A DNA stretch of 64,000 nt, taken from NCBI GenBank assembly GCA_030390025.1, contig CM059432.1, forward strand, positions 115,942,001 to 116,006,000, given 5' to 3'. Shown one piece after another: positions 50,466 through 63,185 of the stretch. A model generated the notes under the pieces. It saw nothing but the letters and a program-made list of their open reading frames with translations, searched no databases and was not told where the DNA came from. A program made the translations under genes and the position numbers. The stretch comes from Squalus acanthias (lineage: Eukaryota). The number at the start of each line of letters is the position of its first letter. The stretch's first letter is position 1.

Positions 50466-52686
50466 AAAAGTCAGGGCTGCTGGAAGTAAGGTCTGTTGGA
50501 TCTATAGTATACCTATATACATTAATGCTCAGCGGACCGAAGGGGCTGGTGGGAGGGATCTTGGATGTATTTTTTTATAAAATTATTTTCAACAGAGATG
50601 TTAAAATTCCATTTTATTCTCATTTTTTCAAACTCATATCCTGCACCATAATGCAGCACTCCAGAGTGTATACCAACATAAACCCATTGCCGAGGACCGC
50701 AGTGGTACTTCTTCATTGAAATATAAATATACCAGTTTGTAAAAAGTTATCTCAACAATATAAGTTAGAAGGCACAGGGTGTTGGAACACCAATGTGTGG
50801 GACCATAGAGTGGTGAGACACAAGTCCAATTTCTCTCTTGCCTCTCCCCCACCCACACACCCCCCTCCCCCCGCCCCCACACAGACACCTAATTTCTGAT
50901 TGCCACAATGCTGTTATGGAGATTCACTGAATGAAGACAAATCACTTCCTCAAAGGAGAGGGAAAATCAATTCTGGGTTGCTCTCATGTACAGGTTGCTG
51001 ATGGAGGGATACTGATGGAGTTTCGGGAGTTGGACAGTCATCTATCCACTCAACTGCAGTCAATGATCGCTTTGCGGGATGAAGAGATACCATAGAGAAC
51101 AAAACAAAAACAAACTATGATGTAATGGAATGGTAGGATTTGGGTTCCAGCCTACAGTTCTCATATATCCAATGAGTTCTTGACCTCTGCGGCATTAGAA
51201 TGCTGGTGCGCTGAATATAGCCAAGCTCGTACCCATGGGAAAGGAAGGAGAGTGTCATCCTCGTGGTGTACTCACACACCTCCTGGAAGTTAGATCAAAG
51301 TGCCACAGGTAGAATGCTGGGAGCAGAACACTTGCCTGCCTCTTCATTCCAGGGAGAGAAAATAGAGAAAACTTGGTGTCAATGGCCTAACTTTCTAACA
51401 TTTATCATTTGAAAATATTTGAAATCATTTGACAAGCATTCGGATTAGAAAACATATATCATGGCAGATTAAAGTTGTTTTTGATTACTAATCAAAAGGT
51501 TAATAAACCTTGCTTTTTATGTTTTATCTTATGAACGCTTTACATTCAACTGCATAATAAAATTATTTAGCTTAGTTTAAAATCTTGTTAATATATTACA
51601 TTCAAATTTGATAAATGGCTGTATTAATAGATTTACTTTCCAACAAGTATTAAGTATTTTATTATCCCTTTCACATGACTGTTAATGACCAGATTGTTTT
51701 CTAGATTAGAGGCTGTTTTCCTATGAATTAATACAATATTAGAGAACCCCTAAGCGGGACAATCCTGATATGACGACAAGCCAAGACAGGTCTCTGAATC
51801 ACACAGTCTATTCATAACTGCAATATTATTTACACTTTATTAACAACAACTTGCATTTATATAGCACCTTTAACGTAGTAAAACATCCCAAGGCGCTTAA
51901 AAGCTAATGTCAGAAAGAATATTAAACAGGAATTTGCTTTAAAGAATAAGTGTCTGTGGATGTATGTACGCAGAAGATACAGGGCTGGTCGAAGTGGATT
52001 ACAAGATAGTAATCCAACTGAGGGGCACAAAACCACAAAAGCAAAGTTCAATAGTTTATTAGTCATCTGTATTCCAGGACTCAATAATCGGTGTCATCAT
52101 CAGCTGTTAATCCAGCATTTTAATGTTATCTGCCTTTTTCCATTATTTAACCTCTGCTGTTCTCAATGCTTTTTGACTGCTGCTTTTTCTTCACCACCCT
52201 GGTCTTGACTCAAAATGATGCAGAAGCTCACAGAGTGTTGAGTTGTTGAAACAAACTGAAACAGGATCTCTCAGGATACTGGGTTCTTTTAGCTGGTGAA
52301 TTGCAAAGGAACTCACCATCACTATATAATGTTATCAACGCCCTCCACCTGTTATGGAAGTAGCAATAAAATGAGTTTTACTGTTGCTACTTAATCATCT
52401 GAACTTGCTATTATATTTCGTGAAAGTAAATAAGTTATCCAACTAAAAGCAGAATGTGTGTTCGACAGTTAACAATATAGAGCGAGAAAAGCCCATTCAA
52501 ACTTGTTCCTTTCAAAGGTTATGTACAATCTACCCAATCATGGGCTCTATACTACTACTACTTCGTACTGCCAATGTAGATGTAGAGCAACAACTATAAT
52601 TTTACACTTAGGTGGTTAAGCCTGATACTTGTGTCAGGAGTAGCGGAGTGTTTGGCCGTGATGACTCAATGTGATAGATGCTATGC

Positions 52687-53391
52687 CAGGGATTCTCAAC
52701 CGGGGGTCCGTCATGATGGTCCGTGAGAATATTTCAAGGGGTCAACGCCACGGGAGATCAACTAGTTTTAGCAGGTGGCTTTGGGTGGACCCACCTCACT
52801 GCCGCCGCCAGCAGGTGGCGCCCTGCGGGGAGGTCGGCAGCTGGGCCTTTGGTAGCAGTAGAGGCGCGCGCTGCCTGTGGGTGCTCTGCGAACCAATCAA
52901 GAGCGGCAGATGGAGGAGGAGGATGGGCCGGAGCTTCTGTGGAAAAGCAAAGACTTGGGGCCCGTCACACTCTGCCAAGCCAGCCCGGGGCCTCGGTCTC
53001 TATTTTAAATCGGCACGGGTGGGCCCGAGGGGAAAAAAACCCACAAAATTACAAAGGTACAGGTGAACAACGTGGTGGTGCTGGACAGCCCAACACCGTT
53101 TTTCAGTTCGAGATCACCTTTGAGTGCATCGGAGATCTGTCGGAGGGTGAGTGAGGCCTGGGGCCTGGAAATGAGTGCCTCCAGGCACGGTAAAATGGGT
53201 GGAAAGTTTGCGTTGAGGGGCCGAGGCCTAGTGAACTTTGACGGTTGCTAATGGCAACCATGTGAGATGAACCCCCAGCCCCGCTCCTCACACACCCGCT
53301 TCTCCCCCCCCCCCCCCCACCAACAGGGGGTCTGTGGAATTCTTATAACACGGGAAGGGGGCCTCAGAAGCAAATATGTTGAGAACCCCTG
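52687..53391. mobile_element. Non-autonomous hAT (Charlie-like) element
   Basis: TIRs CAGGGATTCTCAAC / GTTGAGAACCCCTG; 8-bp flanks TGCTATGC / CTCTATGC. Confidence 0.8.
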
Positions 53392-54060
53392 CTCTATGCC
53401 ATATATTTAGACTCCTGAGGAAAAGTTTAGTATAAATGCCGTTTGATCCAAAAAACCTTATCAACTGAAATGCCAGATTATCTATCCATCCCGTATCTCT
53501 ACTGTTCAACAGTTCATTGATGACACTCCCAAACCAGCCCCAGCAACACTGGTGTCATTGTGTTATATGGAGTATTTGATCATCTCAATCTCTATCACTT
53601 CAATCCCATTCCTTACCAGTTGTTAAGCAGCTCTGTTTTGAAGGAGGAGTTAATTGATTACAGCATCAACTGGAAATTTGTTTTATATATACATAATTTT
53701 ATATACAATTTTAAGTTATGGCGGCACAGTGGCAAAATGTCCGAGGAAATTCGGCGCCAATGTCTTCTTTGAAGATTAGATGTGTGCACAATTACCAAAT
53801 ATAATTTAAAAGGGATATTTACAATATTTAGATCATGTTGATTAACAGTCAAATGCCCTCAGATATATCCTGGCATTTAATTAACCTTTCTAACTCAGTT
53901 ACATTTCCTTAAAATGCGTGCCAGTTAACAGCTTCACATTGATTGGATACTTTCAATGAATGATCAATAATCACAACCAAATCCTTTATTTCCTCTTTCA
54001 CATTTGCTAATAGGCACCTTGTCATTTACTGGAGTATAGAGGCAGAACAGTAGAGCACAA

Positions 54061-54688
54061 GGGGATGATTTTCTTCTAAGGGTTAGAGTTCTGGCAGGGA
54101 GGGTCTTTCACCCACCATCAATACCCATCCCAACCCTGACCCATTTGCTTGGGTCGGGGTTCTTTCCATATGCACCGCGGGCTCCTGGTGGCATTCCCAT
54201 CATCAAGAGGAATCCTGCCAGTGCGAGGATGGAGAATCCTGGCAGTACTGCAGCAGGAACACCATTGCAGTACCAGAAGAGACAGTAAGGGACCTTAAAG
54301 AGGCAGAAGCGCCTCAAAAATGGCAGCAAGGCCACGGCTGATACCGATGCCTTCAGCAGGTATGTGCTGGGCCTGACCTGGAGGGGGAGGAAGCTGCTAC
54401 CAGGCCTTTTCCATCCGCCAAGGGACCCCGGATCTATTAACGCCATTTTCCACACGGTGGCTCTGGGAAGTTGTGGTAATTGGGCAGACAGGAGTGAATT
54501 CTGTTCCAGACCCGGGCCTTGTTCCCCCTCCCCTGCCATTTGCATGCAGTGGGCGGGGAAGGAGTGGCCAGCAGCGGTCTCAGTGGAGGTGAGAACAAGA
54601 AAGTCTTGGTCAGGGCACTGAGGTGGCAATAGCCCCACCACTTGTATTTTCCGTCATTCCCTGCCATGATCCAAGAGAATTCCTCCCC
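54061..54688. mobile_element. Non-autonomous Harbinger-like element
   Basis: Imperfect TIRs GGGGATGATTTTCT / AGAATTCCTCCCC; 3-bp CAA/AAG-type duplication. Confidence 0.55.
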
Positions 54689-54868
54689 AAGTTTCGAGAG
54701 CTTTACAGAGCACTGGTAAGACCATATTTGGAATATTGTGTTAATTTCTGTTCACCAAGCCACAAAAACACATACAAGTAATGGAGAGGGTGCAGAGAAG
54801 AGCAACAAGACTAATCCGAAGTATAAAGGGGTTGAACTATAAGGAAAGTTTGGAGAAGTTGTTCAGTC

Positions 54869-56345
54869 TTGACACAAATTTTCAGAACCTCTCTGGCCAC
54901 AGGGGAGGTGCCAGAGGACTGGAGGACAGCTAACGTAGTACCATTATTCAAGAAGGGTAGTAAGGATAAACCAGGGAATTACAGGCCAGTGAGCCTAACA
55001 TCAGTGGTAGGGAAATTATTGGAAAAAATTCTGAGGGACAGAATTAGTCTCCACTTGGAGAGGCAAGGATTAATCAAGGATAGTCAGCATGGCTTTGTCA
55101 GGGGGAGATCATGTCTAACCAATTTGATTGAATTTTTCAAGAGGGTGACTAGGTGTGTGGATGAGGATAGTGCAGTTGATGTAGTCTACATGGACTTCAG
55201 TAAGGCTTTTGACAAAGTCCCGCATGGGAGACTGGTCAAGAAGGTAAGAGCCCATGGGATCCAGGGCAATTTGGCACATTGGATCCAAAATTGGCTTAGT
55301 GGCAGGAGGCAGAGAGTGATGGTCGAAGGTTGTTTTTGTGACTGGAAGCCTGTGTCCAGTGGTGTACCGCAGGGATCGGTGCTGGGTCCCTTGCTGTTTG
55401 TAGTGTACATTAATGATTTAGATATGAATGTAGGAGGTATGATCAGTAAGTTCGCAGATAACACGAAAATTGGTGGAGTGGTAAATAGCGAGGAGGGAAG
55501 CTTCAGGCTACAGGACGATATAGATGGGTTGGTCAGATGGGCAGAACAGTGGCAAATCGAATTTAACCCTGAAAAGTGTGAGGTGATGCATTTTGGGAGG
55601 ACTAACAAGGCAAGGGAATACACAATGAATGGTAGGACCATAGGAAGGACAGAGGTGTGCATGTACATAGATCCCTGAAGGCAGCAGGACAGGTAGATAA
55701 GGTGGTTAAAAAGGCATATGGGATACTTGCCTTCATTAGCCGAGGCATAGAATATAAGAGCAGGGAGGTTATGATGGAGCTGTACAAAATGCTAGTTAGG
55801 CCACAGCTGGAATACTGTGTGCAGTTCTGGTCGCCACACTATAGGAAGGATGTGATTGCATTGGAGAGGGTGCAGAGGAGATTCACCAGGATGTTACCTG
55901 GGCTGGAGCGTTTCAGCTATGAAGAGAGACTGGACAGGCTGGGGTTGTTTTCCTTCGAGCAGAGAAGGCTGAGGGGGACTTGATTGAGGTGTACAAAATT
56001 ATGAGGGGCATAGATAGAGTAGATAGGAAGGAACTTTTCCCCTTAGTAGAGCGGTCAATAACTAGGGGGCATAGTTTCAAGGTAAGGGGCAGGAGGTTTA
56101 GAAGGGATTTGAGGAAAAACGTTTTCACCCAGAGGGTGGTTGGAATCTGGAACTCACTGCCTGAAAGGGTGGTAGAGGCAGGAACCCTCACAACATTCAA
56201 GAAGCATTTAGATGAGCACTTGAAACGCCACAGCATACAAGGCTACGGACCAAGTGCTGGAAAATGGGTTTAGAATAGATAGGGCTTGATGACCGGCACA
56301 GACGCGATGGGCCGAAGGACCTCTTTCTGTGCTGTATAACTCTAT
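54869..56345 (+). mobile_element. CR1 LINE, 5'-truncated (similar to 1590-3375), inserted in an older CR1 (54700-54868 and 60549-60760)
   Basis: RT ORFs 54869-55678, 55657-55983 and 55980-56273. Confidence 0.95.
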
Positions 56346-56704
56346 GGGGTAGAAATTAGGTCGCGCCCCATTTGGGGCGCAAATATCGTCTGGACGCAAA
56401 TATTAGCGTCTGGCGCTAATTATCGCCACTGACTGGAAACTTCACTTTTACCGCCCCGGGAGGTGAGTGGAGTGCTAAATCAGGCGCTGCACACCTGTCT
56501 TAAGGCGCAAAGGCCGAGCAGTGAGGCGCTAACTCAGCGCGCGAGCGCAGCGCAGCTGCTGCCAGTTAGCGAGGGAACACAGACACACTGGCGCCGGCCA
56601 CTTCTTAAAGCGGGGGGGGCCAACTTGCTCCCCAGCCACACCCTGCTCATTGCAGCCTAGAATCTCGGCCTGGAGAGACCTGTGAATCCATTTTGCTGCC
56701 AAGG

Positions 56705-58562
56705 ATGGAGAGGGTGAGAGAACGAGCTCATCGCTTCACCGAGCGGGCCTTGGATGCTCTGGTTGGCGCGGTGGAGCGCAGACGATGTATGCTCTTCCCT
56801 GAGAGTGGCAGGAGGCCTTTGCCACGTGAGTTCAGAAGAGTGTGGTGGGAGGTGGCTCAGAGCGTCTCCTCCAGGAGCATGGTGCCCAGGACCCATACTC
56901 AATGCCGCAAAAAGTTCAACGACCTCACTCGGGTCGTCAGGGTGAGTGGCTTTTTCTCAATACCTCTCCATCCCTCCATCTCAACCTCACTCTATGGCCA
57001 GAGGGTCTTAAAACCCCAATGCACAACACTCATCCAACACCTATGGCCCTTTCATCAAACACACACACACATTCCACACTTTGCATACAGTAAGGGCTAT
57101 TCACCTATGGGAGGCACATCAGGCAAGACCATGGCTGCATAAAGTAAGGGCTATTCACCTATGGGAGGCACATCAGGCAAGACCATGGCTGCATACAGTA
57201 AGGGCTATTCAGCTATGGGAGGCACATCAGGCAAGACCATGGCTGTATATTTACTCAGTTGCTGTCCTTTTTCTTACAGGCCAAGCTGGCGCATAATAGG
57301 AGACAGCAGCAACGGACAGGTGGAGGGCGGCCTCAGCTGCAACCCCTCAGCGATCTTGAGGAGCGCGTCCACAGGATTGTGGCAAGCCGGGTGATCGGTC
57401 CCGTCGCCACTGGAGACGCCGACCCCGTTCTGGACAGCAATGGTAAGGTCATCACCTTTTTGTCCTCTGTCCTTCCACTTGTCCCTCACAACACCAGCCT
57501 TTGACACTTTCAATCCAACTTGCTAACTCGCTTACTGCCACCCTGTCCTCACGCTAAAGCCACTCTTGTACCTCCCTGCTTTCAGATGGTGATTCACCAG
57601 CTGAGGAGACGGGCCCTGAAGCTGCCACTGGGAGTGAAGCTGCAGCCGAGGAGGAAGAGGAAGCCGGAGCATCAGTGCCACCCTCTCCCGAGGAAGCCCA
57701 TGCCCACACTGGGAACACGCCTTCCCTGGAGGGGAGCAGGGGGGAAGGGTCTGATGAGGGTGAAGCTCCAGGACCCAGCGGGCTGCAGCAACGCCATGGG
57801 GGTAGGGAAGAACGGGGGCCTTCTCCCCAGAGGGAGAGTATGCCAGACACTCCTACTGCAATGGACGCAGAGGAGGAGCGGCTGATCGCAGAAATGAACA
57901 CCCAGGCGGTGGGCATGCACACTGAGCTCATGGGTGCAGTGGGAAGGGTGCCCAAATGCATTGAGTCACTGGCAAGGAGTGTGGAGCACTTCGCTGTAGC
58001 ACAGGCGGATGCCACACTAACGCTTAGTGCTGCAATTCAGTCACTGGCTGCCGTGATCCCATCTCTGACTGCTCTCATGCAGACTCAGATTGAGGCCACG
58101 CGAGCACAGACTGCTGCCAAGCTCGATGGTTCGTTCACATGTCCCCGGGGCTGTCACCGCGCCGCAGCAGGCCAGCAATCTGTTCTCCAGCAGATTGCTC
58201 CGGATGCTGAAGTGCTGCCCCGTGGGAGTGCCAGTGTGTCGGGCGAGCAGGGAGTTGCTGTCCTCTCTCACGATGACAGCATTCCTGCTGCCAACACTGT
58301 CACTTCTCCACTGCACTTGCCACCGCCTGTAGGACAGACTGCTGCCGCCCATGCAGAGTTGGTGCAGTCTGCAGCCGGGCCCTCCAGGCCCAGAACTGGT
58401 CGAGGCCGTCCTTCAGGGGCATCTGCAGTGTCAGGGTCTGACGAGCAGCAGCCTTCCACCAGCCTTGCTGCAGCCACTGAGGTCCCATTACGGAGGAGCA
58501 GTAGGGTTAGAAGGGGGGAAGTGCGCAAGGGAAGGAGATCACCCTCGAAGGGCAAAAAGTAG
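56705..58562 (+). CDS. Harbinger Myb/SANT-like DNA-binding protein, 3 exons (56705-56941, 57280-57442, 57586-58562; 458 aa)
   Basis: RFTERALDALV..WWEVAQSV..QCRKKFNDL; GT-AG introns with compatible phases; no in-frame stop; basic C-terminus. Confidence 0.85.
57082..57245. repeat. Three 54-bp tandem repeats in Myb intron 1
   Basis: TGCATACAGTAAGGGCTATTCACCTATGGGAGGCACATCAGGCAAGACCATGGC x3. Confidence 0.95.
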
Positions 58563-58873
58563 GAGGTGTGACAAAATGCTGGTCATTTTTTTATTAAAGG
58601 TCGAGGTTCATGGTCCAACTTTTGTTTAGTGTTTTGGACATTATCTCCAGGTTGTGAGAACCAGTTATGTTATTGACTGTTTTTTTGTGTTTATTTCTAT
58701 GAGTTTGTCATGAGGAATTGACACACACAGAGTTTGTAAAATAAATAAGTTTCTGTATTCAAATATACATGGTTGGTGGTTGGAATTATTGGTGCCTTGG
58801 CCGGCTTAGGGGTTGCGTGCTGGGTTCATTGATGTTGTTAGCAATGGCAGAAGCCATTTCCACAGCAGGGGCC

Positions 58874-59956
58874 CTAGAAGCGGCTTGCTATCAGCCGTTG
58901 ACGGACGGCCCTTGCAGTTTCACCATTGTGGGCCGCCCTCCCGCCTTGGTGCTGCTGATGATCATCCTCCTCATCCTCTTCCTCCTCTTCCTCCTCCTCC
59001 TCTGGTGGTGCTCCAAGGCCTGGTGGCATTGGCTGGGTCCTGACGATTGCCATGTTATGCAACATGCAGCACACAACTACGAAGTTGGATACTCGCTCAG
59101 GCGAGTACTGCAGGGCTCCTCCAGAATGGTCGAGACAGTGGAACCGTTGCTTCAGCACGCCGATTGTGCGCTCAATGATGTTCCTGGTAGCTTGATGGCT
59201 CTCGTTGTACCGCAGCTCAGCAGGGGTGTTGGGCGTACGGAGCGGTGTCATCAGCCAGGTGCTCAATGCATACCCCTTGTCCCCGAGAAGCCAACCAACT
59301 GGCTGATGCGGTGCCTCGAAAAGTTCTGCCACAGTAGTCTGGCGCAGGATGAAAGCATCGTGGCAGCTGCCAGGATAGTGGGCATTGACAGCGAGTATCA
59401 GCTGTCTGTGGTCACAGACCAACTGAACATTCAAGGAATGGAACCCCTTTCTGTTCCGGAATTCCTCGGCATTCTCATGTGGAGCACGCAAAGCCACATG
59501 CGTGCAGTCAATGGCGCCCTGCACCATGGGGAAGCCCGCTATCCTCGCAAAGCCCAGAGCGCGGTCACGCTGCTTGTCTGGGGTCATGGGGAAAGAGATG
59601 AACTCTCGTCTCCTTTTAAAGAGAGCATTTGTGACCTGCCAGATGCAGCAATGCACCGCGAACTGGGAGATATTGGCGAGGTCCCCAGCAGCAGCTTGAA
59701 ATGAGCCAGTAGCATAGAAGTTGAGAGCCACTGTGACCTTCACTGCCACCGACAGAGACGTCCTGGACCTCAGTTGAGGCTGCAGATCTGGCTGCAGCAG
59801 GTGGCAGAGCTCAGTGCCCACCTCCTTGCTGAATCGCAGCCTTCGCAAACACAGCTCCTCAGACATATGAATGTAGGAGAGCTGTTCACGATATACCCTG
59901 GGAGGGTAAGCTCTCCTGTACATACGCCTGTTGGCCCTCCTCCGTCTGGCCATCAT
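58874..59956 (-). CDS. Harbinger (HARBI1-like) DDE transposase
   Basis: LNFYATGSFQ, GAIDCTHV, RKGFHSLNVQ, HDAFIL, LGDKGY, IERTIGVLKQRF, CMLHN; open from the in-frame ATG at 59956. Confidence 0.93.
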   Translation of the reverse strand: MMARRRRANRRMYRRAYPPRVYREQLSYIHMSEELCLRRLRFSKEVGTELCHLLQPDLQPQLRSRTSLSVAVKVTVALNFYATGSFQAAAGDLANISQFAVHCCIWQVTNALFKRRREFISFPMTPDKQRDRALGFARIAGFPMVQGAIDCTHVALRAPHENAEEFRNRKGFHSLNVQLVCDHRQLILAVNAHYPGSCHDAFILRQTTVAELFEAPHQPVGWLLGDKGYALSTWLMTPLRTPNTPAELRYNESHQATRNIIERTIGVLKQRFHCLDHSGGALQYSPERVSNFVVVCCMLHNMAIVRTQPMPPGLGAPPEEEEEEEEEDEEDDHQQHQGGRAAHNGETARAVRQRLIASRF

Positions 59957-60770
59957 TGCCACTCTCTCTCTCTGCGTCTCTGTGTCCTCCGATTCAGCTG
60001 GAGCAGGACGACGTCCCCAATCAGTGCAGCCCCCATAGTCTCTTTGCAAGCAAAGTAATGAAGGACAGCAACTAAAGTACTAGCGAAGTTAGGATCAGTA
60101 GGCAAAACTACCTCACAAAGCGTTGAGTCAATGCAGAAGTCTCTCTTTCTCTCTCTCCGAATCTCTCTCTCTCTCTCAGAACGAGTGGTGCAAAAATGTC
60201 AACCACAGAAAAAGACAGGAAGAGGCCCCCTTTAAATAGCGCCCCCCCCCAGCCCCACAGCGATTGATAGTGTTCCAGTCTTCCGGTCGTTGGATGCGCC
60301 AGGCGGTAAGGCAGGGGGCGCCACTCAATTTCCGCTCCGGGGCGCCACAAGGGCGTTGCACCATGGAATGACGTCACAATCTGCGCGCGCAGGTGCTCGC
60401 AGCGGTAAGGTTTAGCGCCGCCGCACAATCTCTAGTTAAGTTCCCGAGCGGCGCAAACATCGCTGCGCCCGGGCGTTAGCGGCTTTGCGCCCCATTAGCG
60501 CCCTCTTAAGGCACTAACGGGAGGCGCAACCAACTGAATTTTTACCCCTGTGGCTCTTGAAAGAAAGAAATTAAAGGGTGATTTCACTGAGGTTCGCAAA
60601 ATATTAAATGATCTGGAGTAAACTGAGAATATTCAAATTAAATCACGAAAGCAGGACCAGATGATTTAAATTTAATTTAATGCAAAACAGTTTTAGAAAA
60701 GGTGTAAGGAAGAACTTCTTTATTCAAAGAATGTTAACTTTTTGGAAGAATAGTGCAGGTAAAATATTAA

Positions 60771-60905
60771 AGGTTCCGACAAAGGGTCATCGACCTGAAA
60801 CGTTGACTCTGTTTCTCTCTCCACAGATGCTGCCTGACCCGTTGAGTGTTTCCAGCATTTTCTGTTTTTATTTCAGATTTCCAGCATCCGCAGTATTTTG
60901 CTTTT
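60771..60905 (+). mobile_element. Penelope-like pLTR fragment
   Basis: Same tail family; 12-bp TSD GTAAAATATTAA (60759-60770 and 60906-60917). Confidence 0.8.
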
Positions 60906-61177
60906 GTAAAATATTAAGGGTGTTCAAAATGTAACAGGATTTATAATGGGAGAGTGAGCATATCAGAGGAATTAGCTTTGATAGGCCTAATGGCTATTGC
61001 TCATCTTTAATTCTATTTGTATGTGCATATTTTCCTGTTGCACATACTTTATCATACATTTATCTATATTAAGATATATCTTGCAATTCCTTAGTTCTCC
61101 TGCTTAAATAGTCCCGATCTCTCAGAATACTGTTTATTTACCTTCTATTTGTTACATAGTGACATAACTTGGTAGGA

Positions 61178-61568
61178 TCCACCACCGGCACACCGTATCT
61201 GCAGTGTGTACCATCTACAAGATGCACTGCAGCAACTCGCCAAGGCTTCTTCGGCAGCACCTCCCAAACGCGTGACCTCTACCACCTAGAACGACAAGGG
61301 CAGCAGGTGCATGGGAATACCACCACCTCCAAGTTCCCCTCCAAGTCACACACCATCCTGACTTAGAAGTATATCACCATTCCTTCATCGTCACTGGGTC
61401 AAAATCCTGGAACTCCCTCCCTAACAGCACTGTGGGAGTACCTTCACCACACGGACTGCTGCGGTTCAAGAAGGTGGCTCACCACCACCTTCTCAAGGGC
61501 CATTAGGGATGGGCAATAAATGCTGGCCTTGCCAGTGACGCCCACATCCCAGGAACGAATAAGAAAAA
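61178..61568 (+). mobile_element. LINE 3' end (CR1/L2 superfamily, clade uncertain)
   Basis: HHRHTVSAVCTIYKMHC...SWNSLP remnants; AATAAA followed by GCCCACATCC and an A-rich tail. Confidence 0.65.
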
Positions 61569-61685
61569 GATCAGCATCTTTTATAAAGTGGGAAAGATGC
61601 AGTCAGCCAATCAGATTACTCCATTCATGACTATGTAAGATACTACACCCTAGAGATAACTGTATGACATTTCTGTTTTAGTGGA

Positions 61686-63185
61686 GAATCATAGAATCAT
61701 AAAAGATAGGAGCAGGAGTAAGCCATTCGGCCCCTCGAGCCTGCTCCGCCATTCAATGTGATCATGGCTGATCATCCAAATTCAGTACCCTGTCCCTGCC
61801 TTCTCCCCATATCCCTTGATCCCTTTAGCTTTAAGAAATATATCTAACTCCTTCTTGAATATATTTAATGAGTTGGCCTCAACTGCCTTCTGTGGTAGAG
61901 AATTCCACAGGTTCACCACTCTCTGGGTGAAGAAATTCCTCCTCATCTCTGTCCTAAATGGCTTACCCCTTATCTTTAGACTGTGACCCCTGGTTCTGGA
62001 CTCCCCGACCATCGGGAACATCCTTCCTGCATCTAGTCTGTCTAGTCCTGTTAGAATTTTATAAGTTTCAATGAGATCCCCTCTCATTCTTCTAAACTCC
62101 AGCGAGTATAAGCCCAATCGACCCAATCTCTCCTCATACGTCATTCCTGCCATCCCAGGTATCAGTCTGGTGAATCTTCGCTGCACTCCCTCCATGGCAA
62201 GAACATCCTTCCTCAGATAAGGCGACCAAAACTGCACACAATACTCAAGATGTGGTCTCACCAAGGCTCTGTACTACTGCAGCAAGACATCCTTGTTCCT
62301 GTACTCGAACCCTCTCGCTACGAAGGCCAACATACCATTTGCCTTCTTCACCGCCTGCTGCACCTGCATGCTTACCTTCAGTGACTGGTGCACAAGGACA
62401 CCCAGGTCTCGTTGCACTTCCCCTTCTCCCAATCTATTGCCGTTCAGATAATAATCTGCCTTTCTGTTTTTGCCACCAAAGTGGATAACCTCGCATTTAT
62501 CCACATTGTACTGCATTTGCCATGCATCTGTCCAATCACCCAACCTATCCAAATCATACTGGAGTTTCTCGGCATCCTCCTCACAGCACACACGCCCACC
62601 CAGCTTTGTGTCATCTGCAAACTTGGAGATATTACATCTAGTTCCCTCGTCTAGATCATTGATATATATTGTGAATAGCTGGGGTCCTAGGACCGATCCC
62701 TGCGGTACCCCACTAGTCACTGCCTGCCACTCGGAAAAACACCCGTTTATTCCAACTCTTTGCTTCCTGTCTGCCAACCAGTTCTCTATCCAAGTCAGTA
62801 CCCTGCCCCCAATCCCATGTGCCTTAACTTTACACGCTAATCTCTTATGCGGGACCTTATCGAAAGCCTTCTGAAAGTCCAAATATATCACATCCACTGG
62901 TTCTCCCTTATCTATTTTACCAGTTACATCCTCAAAAAATTCCAGTAGATTAGTCAAGCACGATTTACCTTTTGTAAATCCATGTTGACTTTGACCGATC
63001 CTGTCACTGTTTTCCAAGTGCTCTGCTATTACATCTTTTATGATGGACTCTAGCATTTTCCCCACATGTCTATAATTCCCCATTTTCTCTCTACCACCTT
63101 TTTTGAATAGTGGGGTAACATTAGCTACCCTCCAATCCATGGGAACTGTTCCAGAGTCTATAGAATTTTGGAAGATGACCAGTAA
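61686..63185 (-). mobile_element. CR1 LINE, 5'-truncated
   Basis: RT ORFs 62274-63140 and 61782-62264; AGAATCAT-type tail. Confidence 0.95.

Larger units (their letters stand above)
56346..60548. mobile_element. Harbinger element H4, near-intact two-gene structure
   Basis: TIRs GGGGTAGAAATT / AATTTTTACCCC; flanks TAT/TGT; convergent Myb-like gene and transposase. Confidence 0.93.

Noticed and set aside
57082..57245. Tandem repeats as a CRISPR-like array
   Set aside because: No spacers; this is a simple intronic minisatellite in eukaryotic DNA.
58769..59704. 311-aa plus-strand ORF
   Set aside because: Antisense shadow of the transposase.
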